From positions 186,001 to 250,000 of the forward strand of contig AP024668.1 in the NCBI GenBank assembly GCA_024346625.1: 64,000 nt of DNA. Reading direction: 5' to 3'. The notes under the pieces are model-generated. The model searched no databases, was not told where the DNA came from, and worked only from the letters and a program-made list of their open reading frames with translations. Position numbers and translations under genes: made by a program. Numbering within the stretch: the first letter of the stretch is position 1; every line of letters begins with the position of its first letter. Below, piece by piece: positions 56,067 to 64,000 of this stretch. The DNA comes from Williopsis jadinii. Lineage: Eukaryota.

Positions 56067-56738
56067 TTAACCAAATACATGCTTGATGTTGAAGTCAAAC
56101 ATGTCTTGGAAAGTGCAAAACTCCATCTGATTGAAGCTGACGATACTGCCTTCCACTAACTTGTTCAATTGAGGAAGACCTTTCAAGAACTCAGATCTAT
56201 CTGATTCGTCAAATTGCTCTACAAAATAGGCTAAGGTAATATGATAGTAATACCCATGTTCTTCTTTGAGCCCAAGCACATCGCTTATTTGGCTCCTCAG
56301 TATCTCAAGTGAGGTTTTTTGGTGGTACAACGGCTCCATGCGAAGAGATAAGGTGTTACCACTGAATACGAACCCAACAGCCTTGAACGACAGCGGGAAT
56401 TCAAAGTCCAGCAGTCCGGGCACATTCTGTAGCTGTTGATAAACCTTTTCAAAGATCGTATCGTCTCCACCATCGATGTCCTCAGTTATAACCTTCTGGG
56501 GAATCACTCTTCTATTGGAAGTTCCAATGATTGTGATGTGGTAACTCGACGTTGGAAGAAGACATAGCTTATCGGTATATTTACAGCCAATCAGGTGTCG
56601 ATAAACATCCAAAAGCTTCTGGAACATCCCGTCTTCTCTTGGAATATGGCACACTAACGTGGTTCCCTTAAACAGCTTTGGTTGTCCATTGGAATGGAAT
56701 TTCTCACCATCAACACTTAGTCCTGGACTTTGGGTCAT
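56067..56738 (-). CDS. 2H phosphoesterase (DUF1868-like), ~223 aa; first ATG 56738
   Basis: Two HxT catalytic motifs (LLPTSSYHITIIG; YYYHITLAY), KFHSNG..FKGTTLVCH N-terminus, FCTFQDMFDF C-terminus; family recognised by eye. Confidence 0.75.
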   Translation of the reverse strand: MTQSPGLSVDGEKFHSNGQPKLFKGTTLVCHIPREDGMFQKLLDVYRHLIGCKYTDKLCLLPTSSYHITIIGTSNRRVIPQKVITEDIDGGDDTIFEKVYQQLQNVPGLLDFEFPLSFKAVGFVFSGNTLSLRMEPLYHQKTSLEILRSQISDVLGLKEEHGYYYHITLAYFVEQFDESDRSEFLKGLPQLNKLVEGSIVSFNQMEFCTFQDMFDFNIKHVFG

Positions 56739-56869
56739 CTTGCGCCCTAACAATCAAACAAAAAAACTATTGGTGATGTGTGAAATGACAACACAATGAA
56801 GTCGACTCATCTGCTTCACCTCAAGCAGTTATATAAGGCCAAGGCAACAACGTGGTGTCACTTCAATTG

Positions 56870-56955
56870 CAAAAGACGGAATAACTGCGCAAAGATGGAA
56901 TAACTGCGCAAAGACGGAACAACTGCGCAAAGACGGAATAATTGATGCAAAGACG
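56870..56955. repeat. 19-bp tandem repeat GCAAAGACGGAATAACTGC, four copies plus a partial, in the divergent promoter
   Basis: Units at 56870, 56889, 56908, 56927, partial at 56947; TATA-like elements at ~56829-56836 and 57119-57125. Confidence 0.9.
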
Positions 56956-57189
56956 CTATGTACACCTAAAATCTTTCAATTTTTATTTTGTACATGCCAA
57001 TTGAGCACATGGCCCTCCTTTGCTATTAGATACACTCGTTCATAGTTCAAGACTATGGACAGAGTGGCCCACATGGCATGCTGATAGTCATTGTATACGT
57101 TAAGAACGCTGGGTAAACTATAAAAGAAGACTTAGATGCCTCTGTGAGGTAGTTGAAGAGCTCATCATCACCATCACCATCCAGCAATC

Positions 57190-58803
57190 ATGTCAGAGAA
57201 GAACAATGGACCTGTCGCCATTAACAACGTTACCGATGACTCTGTGAATGATCCAATACAACAGATTCTCGAGTACGAAAGATCTCTAACCTTGTGGCAG
57301 GCAATGTGCAAGTACAAGAAGGCAGTTTTCTGGGCCATCGTGATCTCCAATACTGTGATCATGGAAGGTTATGACACTTCGTTAATCAGCTCACTCTTTG
57401 CCTTTCCAGCCTTCAAAGAGAACTTGGGTAATCTTAACACGAACGGGACCTATGAGATCCCTGCGCCATGGCAGTCTGGAGTGGCCAATGCCGCATCTTG
57501 TGGTCAATTCTTTGGCCTGATCATTGCTGCGTGGTGTGTTGATAGGTTTGGTTATAGGAAGACCTTGATAGCAAATCTGCTTTTCTTCACGGGCGCAATA
57601 TTCATCGTTTTCTTTGCCAACTCATTGGGAATGCTCACTGCAGGTCAAGTGGTGTGTGGACTACCATGGGGTGCTTTTCAGTCGTTGGCAATTACCTATG
57701 TTTCAGATGTCACTCCCGTGGTTTTGAAGCCTTACATGGCCACCTATGTGAATCTCTGCTGGGTGATTGGACATTTGATCAGTGCAGGTGTTTTGCGTGG
57801 GCTGCTGAATATTAACCATGATCCACGCTCATACAGAATCGCCTTTGGACTTCAATGGATTTGGCCTTTGCCATTGTGTATTGGTATTTTCTTTGCACCA
57901 GAATCGCCGGTGTGGTTGTTGAAAAGAGGGAAAGAAAAAGAGGCAATGAACTCAGCACAAAGGCTGACATCTACACAGGAAGATGCTGAGAGTTTCTATC
58001 GTGCTGCTTACTATACGAACCTCTTAGAAGTTACCTACGCTGAGAATTCAAGTTACTCTGACTTGTTCAAGGGTGCCAATAGAAGAAGAACGCTACTGGT
58101 GCTTTATGCATGGGTTGTACAAGCGTGGTGTGGTTCAGCGATCAATGGTTATTCAACGTACTTTATGACTTCGGCAGGTATGTCAACGGTGCACTCTTTT
58201 GACATTACAATGGTCAAAAACGTCATATCCTTTATTGGTACATTTTTCGTGTGGTTTACAATGAGATGGCTTCGTAGAAGATTCAACATTCTTATTGGAC
58301 TCTTTCTCCATTGTGTGGTACTATTGGTGATTGGAATTCTGGGAACACAGTCACCTTTACAGAACTCCTCCGTTTCATGGGCTATAGCTGGAATGATTCT
58401 TTGTTTACAGCTGGTTTATTCCTCCACTATGGGTCCCATTGCCTACCTTGCATGTTCAGAATTCCCAACAGCCAGGCTGAGAGCTAAAACGGCATCGCTT
58501 GGGAGAAATATTTATCTATTATGCTCTATATCTCGAGGTGTTATCACCCCATACATGTTGAATGCGACTGCTTGGAACTGGGGTGCAAAGACAGGGTTCT
58601 TCTGGATGGGATTCAGCTTTGTCTTTCTGATTGTGTCCTTTGTCATCTATCCAGAGGCAAAGAACAGGTCTCCAATGGAAATGGATTACTTGTTTGAGCA
58701 CAAGGTGCCTTCCAGAAAGTTCTACACAACTGAAATTGATGACAAAGTTGGAGAGGATTTGAATATGTCCAATGAGATGTGCAGTATTAAATCCAAATGT
58801 TGA
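57190..58803 (+). CDS. Alpha-glucoside/maltose permease-family H+ symporter (Mal11/Agt1 type)
   Basis: MEGYDTSL, YEIPAPWQSG, GLPWGAFQ, TYVNLCWVIG, FGLQWIWPLPL, APESPVWL, PYMLNATAWNWGAKTGFFW. Confidence 0.9.
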   Translation: MSEKNNGPVAINNVTDDSVNDPIQQILEYERSLTLWQAMCKYKKAVFWAIVISNTVIMEGYDTSLISSLFAFPAFKENLGNLNTNGTYEIPAPWQSGVANAASCGQFFGLIIAAWCVDRFGYRKTLIANLLFFTGAIFIVFFANSLGMLTAGQVVCGLPWGAFQSLAITYVSDVTPVVLKPYMATYVNLCWVIGHLISAGVLRGLLNINHDPRSYRIAFGLQWIWPLPLCIGIFFAPESPVWLLKRGKEKEAMNSAQRLTSTQEDAESFYRAAYYTNLLEVTYAENSSYSDLFKGANRRRTLLVLYAWVVQAWCGSAINGYSTYFMTSAGMSTVHSFDITMVKNVISFIGTFFVWFTMRWLRRRFNILIGLFLHCVVLLVIGILGTQSPLQNSSVSWAIAGMILCLQLVYSSTMGPIAYLACSEFPTARLRAKTASLGRNIYLLCSISRGVITPYMLNATAWNWGAKTGFFWMGFSFVFLIVSFVIYPEAKNRSPMEMDYLFEHKVPSRKFYTTEIDDKVGEDLNMSNEMCSIKSKC

Positions 58804-59535
58804 GCCCATTACTGTGAGTGACTCCAACAATATATAACCATTATGACGAGTGATCAGCTCATTCAACCTATACTTCATACATAAGCAATCACATTCCTTT
58901 ATGACAGAATTAAGCAGCTGACTGCCAGCATTACATGCCGTAGAGTTTACACAGAGCACACACACATCATCGGGCTAAGTCTGTCACCAAACTGCCAGCC
59001 TTCTGAGGGTGTAACCACGACATTGATTCAGGCCACTTTTAGTTCTTCAGCCCATAAAGACTCCACTAATCTTGGCCCCAGAAAACATCCCTCTTTTCCG
59101 TCACCACGAACCTACAGCTCGTACTCAAGACTTCACTTGGTTGATGGATAACTCGCACTTGGCTGCTACTAACCATCTCAGACTACAGTGCTGATTGTAA
59201 AGCCACCTGGAAAAGTCTACGAAATACAACCGAGCACACTAACCGGACATCGTCCAATCATAAACATCTCCCCTCCGTGAATCGACTACAACCAGTTTCA
59301 CCCCTTCTACAGTCCAATTGAGAGTATAATTAAACACTAGAGCATGTATACATACCAGACCCATTGGTAGGCACCACACATGCCCAACCTGCTTACATAA
59401 GCATCTTACATAATCGGAAACGAGCATTTTTTTCCCGATTCGGCGCTTTTTCAGCGTTCGAACATTTTCTGCCCGAGCGTCCTCCAACGGCTCGCATCTG
59501 CAGCGGCTGTAAACTCTCAGTGTCGACGTGCATAA

Positions 59536-59543
59536 CGAGCAAA
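59536..59543 (-). promoter_or_regulatory. Mac1 copper-response element TTTGCTCG
   Basis: CGAGCAAA on + strand ~155 bp upstream of the Ctr ATG; further GAGCA cores nearby. Confidence 0.6.
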
Positions 59544-59696
59544 TTTCCCTTCCTATCATCGTTGAGCATCGGCAAGAGGTGCCAATGCTGTGCTTTGGAG
59601 CCTCTTTATATAAACCGGGGATTGTCCTGAGAGGGCTTACGTCGCTTTAGATCTCGGCTATCTCAGTAATCTGCCAGTTTTTGTTGTTTGGTACCG

Positions 59697-60524
59697 ATGT
59701 CTTCAAGCTCCTCTCACGACCACTCTGCTATGATGGCCTCAATGGCCATGGAGAGCAGCGCCCTGGAGAGCAGCGCCAGTGTTACGTCAATGGTTATGTC
59801 TGCAACCAGTGCGATGGTGAGTTCCATGGCGAGCTCGATGGCGTCCTCGATGAGCATGGACATGGATATGGATATGTCCTCGAGCACCAGCTCAATGGCC
59901 AGCGACCATATGAACCATGCTAGTTCGTCCAGCACCATGGATATGGCTTCCTCAACGTCCTCCTCGATGGACATGGACCATGGCTCGATGGACATGTCCA
60001 TGAACAGTTACATGACAACCAACTACGACAGCTACCCAGTGGTGTTCAAGACACTGACAGCTTCAAGCGGTGGTGCTGCCTTTGGTATCTTTTGCGTGCT
60101 CTTCTTCTCTGCCTTCTTCTACAGAGGATTGGCCTTCTTGGCTGCCTATTTGGAACAAAGAGTGTTCAAGACTGAAGTTCCATGCCAGAATAACGACGAT
60201 ACAGACACAGAGGCCAAGTGCTGTGACGTTGATGTCCCAGCGGCCAATAACCCAGAGATTGCAAACTCAGAAAAGGACAGATCAGTATTGGCCAAGTTCT
60301 TCCATTTCACACCACAATCATTGTACAGAGACTTTATCAGATTGATCATAACGTTTGTATCGGCAATGTTTGGTTATGCACTCATGCTTGCAGTCATGTC
60401 GTTTGTCATCACCTACTTCTTTGCGGTGGTGCTGGGCATGGCTTTTGGTGAGATCTTCTTCCTGAGACTGGCCACTGTAATGGGGATCAGACACACCGGT
60501 ATGTTCTGCTCGTCTTTACATTGA
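59697..60524 (+). CDS. CTR1: High-affinity copper transporter, Ctr family; first ATG 59697
   Basis: Long Met/Ser-rich N-terminus, MSMNSYM..YPVVFKTL, TM2 MLAVM (MxxxM), TM3 GMAFG (GxxxG), C-terminal CSSLH. Confidence 0.88.
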   Translation: MSSSSSHDHSAMMASMAMESSALESSASVTSMVMSATSAMVSSMASSMASSMSMDMDMDMSSSTSSMASDHMNHASSSSTMDMASSTSSSMDMDHGSMDMSMNSYMTTNYDSYPVVFKTLTASSGGAAFGIFCVLFFSAFFYRGLAFLAAYLEQRVFKTEVPCQNNDDTDTEAKCCDVDVPAANNPEIANSEKDRSVLAKFFHFTPQSLYRDFIRLIITFVSAMFGYALMLAVMSFVITYFFAVVLGMAFGEIFFLRLATVMGIRHTGMFCSSLH

Positions 60525-60678
60525 GATGTATATAGAAACCTACATCGATCTTCGATATCGATAAAGCTGACATTCTCGACCCGTTCCTTTGTTGTTTTGC
60601 TCTTGTGAATTGTCTTTCAATACATGATAATGACTATATCTTTGTTAATTGAGTAAGCTTAAATAGAGCGAATATGGA

Positions 60679-61728
60679 TCACTTCTTGTTACCTTTGCCT
60701 TTACCTTTACCTTTAGCTTTTGGCTCGGTTTCTTCAACTGTTTCAGGCTCAGGGGTCTCGATGACTTCCGGTTTATCAGCTTCTTCTTCCTCTTCTTCGT
60801 CATCCTCTTCTTCTTCTTCCTCAACATCGATTGGAATACTCTCCAGTTCTTTGACAAGGTTTTCCAATTCAGACACAGAGGCCTTATGGTACTCCAATTG
60901 AATCTTTGTAAAGATAATTATCAAATTTACGCTCTCCGCTGGTTCAATAAGTTTCTTCATACTCTGAACAGCAACAGTAGTGGCATTGACCAACTCGTCT
61001 TCAGCGTTATCCAAAGATTCCTGAAGTTTCTCCTGTCTTTCAGGGTAAACCTTCACTTCGTGTCTCAAAGTGTCAAAGTTCAATCTCGCACTGTCAACCT
61101 TCTTTCTGTTGGCAGTGGTCTCTTTGAAGCTCTTGTCAAGAGATTCATGCAGTTTGGCATTGAACTCAGTGACAATCATATGATCTTGTTCCAATCTCTT
61201 GGAGCCGATCTTTGCCTGGGAATCAGAAAACTTCAACAGTACTTTACTCAGGGCATTCTCACCACCAAATTGTAATAAGAAATCATGAGACTGTTTAGCA
61301 GCTTTACTCAACTCATATGCCAAAGTCTGTGGCAGAGCTGGTGCTCCTGAAGATGCAGTCAACACCTTTTCAGCTTCAGCTGCAGTTGAAGCCTTCTGCA
61401 GACCTTGAAACTTATCACTAAGAGTCTTAGACAAGTCAGACAAAGATTCAGTAGGATTAGGTGGATAATCGTAGCTCTCAATCTCATAGGTACTACTAAT
61501 CGACAACAGTTTCTTATACACCGATCTCAGAGCATCAGTCTTCTTCTCGAGAAGGATATACTCCTCTGGCAATTCGGATATGTCTTCAATGCTACCAAAC
61601 TTCTCCTGGACAAGTCTGGCAGTACGTTTAGCCATTGGAGTGATGTCATTGGTGAACTTTTGAGCCTCCTTGGAGACCTCTTCAAACCCGGATTGGATAC
61701 TCTTTGTGAAATTGTTGAAGAAAGACAT
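60679..61728 (-). CDS. GVP36: BAR-domain protein, Gvp36-like; first ATG 61728
   Basis: RTARLVQEKFG..DISELPEEYILLEKKTD..TYEIESYDYPPN, ARLNFD, AEDELVNAT, QLEYHK. Confidence 0.8.
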   Translation of the reverse strand: MSFFNNFTKSIQSGFEEVSKEAQKFTNDITPMAKRTARLVQEKFGSIEDISELPEEYILLEKKTDALRSVYKKLLSISSTYEIESYDYPPNPTESLSDLSKTLSDKFQGLQKASTAAEAEKVLTASSGAPALPQTLAYELSKAAKQSHDFLLQFGGENALSKVLLKFSDSQAKIGSKRLEQDHMIVTEFNAKLHESLDKSFKETTANRKKVDSARLNFDTLRHEVKVYPERQEKLQESLDNAEDELVNATTVAVQSMKKLIEPAESVNLIIIFTKIQLEYHKASVSELENLVKELESIPIDVEEEEEEDDEEEEEEADKPEVIETPEPETVEETEPKAKGKGKGKGNKK

Positions 61729-61951
61729 CTTAATTGATCCTGGCGAGAGCGAGTGTGCGTGTTTGAAGGAGGAAAGGGGGGATGAGCACATAGCGTGCGA
61801 TTATAAGACTTTCATGGTACACCCGGACACCACAACAGGACACCACACCTGAAGTGCACCACTTAATATGGCACCAAAGCCGATTGAAGCAAAAGAAACT
61901 CTACAATTAAAGAGTAACAGTAAAAGAATGTGTGTTTAGTAGTACATACAA

Positions 61952-64000
61952 TTAAGCAACGATGTCCTTGTTGAGTGCGTTGTAGGCAGTTTCATCGATT
62001 TTCTTGAGCTCTTGAGCCAGTTCTTCTCTCTTCTTTCTAGCTTCTTCCAGCTTGGCCAAAAGGGCCTCTTGTTCCTTTTGGAACTCTTCATCTTTGGTTT
62101 CCAGAGTTAGGATTGATAGGGACGAGGCCTTTGTTTCAACCTTTTCAACTTTCGTGGAGAGGGTTTCGTTTTCAGTCTTTGTTGGTTCGGAGGTTGTCTC
62201 GGTCTCGACAGGTTCAGTCTTCACAGGTTCAGTGTCAACAGGTTCGGAGACAACATGTTGAGAGTCCTCAAGCTTAGATTTGGAAACTTCATTCAAAGAT
62301 GCAACTGCGTTGGCATGTTCAGCTTTCAAGTCACTCAATTCCTTTTCGCCGTCGTTAACCTTCTGTTCAGTGGTCTTTTTGTTTATCTCTGCAGCGTCAA
62401 TCAAAGATTCCAGTTTGGCCTTGTTATCCAACTCCGCAGCGTGGTCCTTCTCTTTACTCTCAAGAGTTGTGTTCAATTCGTCACTCTTGAGCTTGGAGAC
62501 TTCGGATTTTTTCTTAGTCTGAGCCAATTCCTCGCTCAGCTTCTTAATCTGTTCGTTGATATCGTCAATATCCTTCTGATGAGTGTTATTCTTGAAATCA
62601 GTGATAATCTTCTCAGACTCGTTCTTCTTTAAAGCAGCCTCTTTGATCTTGTTCTCATGGTCAATTCTCAGCTGTTTCAAGTTCTCAATCTCTAGTAACT
62701 TAGACTCCTTTTCCTTTACAAGATTTTCGGCCTCTGTCTTTTCGTGTGCGATGCTATCTCTCAACTCTTGACAGTCTTGCTCATAAACCTTGAGCTTTTC
62801 ACTCGATTCAACCTGCTTATCCTCCAGCTCCTTCAACTGCTCGGCAGCTTCCTCTTGATCCTTCTTTGCCTGTTCAATTTCCTCATATTTAGACTTGATT
62901 TTATCCTCAGTCTCTTGGAAGTAGTTTTTCTTGTTTTCCTCGTGTTGGTTCTCCAATTCTTTGGTCTTCTCCTCGTGTTCTACATTTGCCTTTGCGATGG
63001 CGTCATCTGTACTGTCAACATTAGTCTGGATTCTGTCTTCAATTTTAGCAATCTCCGCCTTTAGCCCCTCGATCTGATTATCAAACGCATTCTGAATTCT
63101 GTTGTACTCGTCATCATTCTTCTTCTTAATGGCGTCCAACTTCGTCTTGTGTTGTTCATTCTGGTAGTCAATTTTTTGTTGAACAGTCATTGGCGTACCA
63201 TCTGGGTTCTTGTTGACTTCTGCAGTGAATGGGAAGATACTAAATAGTCTATGCTTCTTATTCAATGGTTCAACTTTGTGAAGCTGTTGAACTTGTTGGG
63301 GTTCCTCTTTTGCAGCGGTTTCTCCACCAGCTTCCTCTTCATCATCAGCACGTAATGGTTTCTCCTCAACTTCTTCATCTTCTTCATCTTGTGGTTCTTC
63401 TTCTTCAGGCTCTTCCTTTTTCGGACCCTCAGCTTCCAACCTAGCCTCCTCAGCCTGAATCTTTAACTGCTCCAATCTCTCCCTTGCAGCTTTCAACTTA
63501 CGTTCATCTTGTTCCCTATTCTTAGCAATTTGATCGTCTTGCTGTTTCTTCAATTCGATCTGCTTGTTCTTCTCTTGCTCCAGTCTCTCAAGCTCACGTT
63601 CATGTCTATTTTCTAATCTGGAGAACAGATTTGGGATCTTGATGATCGGTCCCTTTGGTGATCTTGGCGTGGCAGAACGTTTCGTGACGTAACGGAATGG
63701 AGAGTAGTACTGTTTTTCTTCAGGATCCTGAGGCTGGTCTACAGCTTCCTTGGTGTGTTCTTCAGGGTCAAGGGTTTCTGGTTCATCAACGTTTTCCTCA
63801 GGTTCAACCGTCTCATCTTCAGCCTTATCAGCTTCACCAGATTCAGCAGCTTCCTCGTCTTTATCACCGTCTTCATTCTCAACACCTTGGTCAATTGCAG
63901 CGTCTTCAGTCTCCTTCACATCGCCAGCTTCTGTAGCTGCTTCAACAGGGGCTTCAACAGGGGCTTCAACAGGGGCTGCAACAGCGGTAGCTGCCGTCTG
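61952..64000 (-). CDS. Large acidic coiled-coil protein, 5' end beyond the window; identity not recognised
   Basis: Frame stays open from 63919 to the edge (QTAATAVAAPVEAPVEAPVEAATEAGDVK...); E/K/Q heptad-rich sequence. Confidence 0.8.
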   Translation of the reverse strand, partial: QTAATAVAAPVEAPVEAPVEAATEAGDVKETEDAAIDQGVENEDGDKDEEAAESGEADKAEDETVEPEENVDEPETLDPEEHTKEAVDQPQDPEEKQYYSPFRYVTKRSATPRSPKGPIIKIPNLFSRLENRHERELERLEQEKNKQIELKKQQDDQIAKNREQDERKLKAARERLEQLKIQAEEARLEAEGPKKEEPEEEEPQDEEDEEVEEKPLRADDEEEAGGETAAKEEPQQVQQLHKVEPLNKKHRLFSIFPFTAEVNKNPDGTPMTVQQKIDYQNEQHKTKLDAIKKKNDDEYNRIQNAFDNQIEGLKAEIAKIEDRIQTNVDSTDDAIAKANVEHEEKTKELENQHEENKKNYFQETEDKIKSKYEEIEQAKKDQEEAAEQLKELEDKQVESSEKLKVYEQDCQELRDSIAHEKTEAENLVKEKESKLLEIENLKQLRIDHENKIKEAALKKNESEKIITDFKNNTHQKDIDDINEQIKKLSEELAQTKKKSEVSKLKSDELNTTLESKEKDHAAELDNKAKLESLIDAAEINKKTTEQKVNDGEKELSDLKAEHANAVASLNEVSKSKLEDSQHVVSEPVDTEPVKTEPVETETTSEPTKTENETLSTKVEKVETKASSLSILTLETKDEEFQKEQEALLAKLEEARKKREELAQELKKIDETAYNALNKDIVA

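Noticed and set aside
56870..56955. 19-bp repeats as a CRISPR-like array
   Set aside because: Head-to-tail units without spacers, eukaryotic context, no cas genes.

Overview
Budding-yeast (Saccharomycotina) genomic DNA. The TACTAAC-type introns, moderate GC and gene order suggest a pre-WGD, Cyberlindnera/Phaffomycetaceae-like species; this is inference. The window holds 24 protein-coding genes, and I saw no tRNA, rRNA, transposon or CRISPR. The left part keeps an ancient gene block: PHO4, RPL8, QCR6, RPL29, RRT5, RPL2, an MFS transporter, SMC2, MET10, VID28, SNL1. It continues with a TPO2/3-type transporter, two tandem YOR1-like ABC transporters, HEM14, FAA2, a sugar/polyol porter, RRN6, TRP5, BNI4, a three-gene accessory cluster, CTR1, GVP36 and a coiled-coil gene cut by the window edge. 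Five spliceosomal introns missed by the ORF track were reconstructed (RPL8, RPL29 5'UTR, RRT5, RPL2, TRP5). The best candidate for an undescribed system is 54.3-58.8 kb, a MAL-locus-like cluster of a Mal-type Zn2Cys6 activator and an alpha-glucoside permease in which a 2H phosphoesterase (DUF1868-like) occupies the usual maltase position. Its divergent promoter carries a CGG-bearing 19-bp tandem array, and Pho4-type boxes lie nearby. This suggests uptake and cleavage of a sugar phosphodiester. Other notable signals are a gene-conversion tract between the ABC paralogs, oriented 8-bp Rap1/telomere-like promoter arrays, a meiotic promoter plus non-consensus intron in RRT5, and a ~710-nt ATG-free stretch before PHO4. 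All gene names come from recognising motifs by eye; no searches were run.
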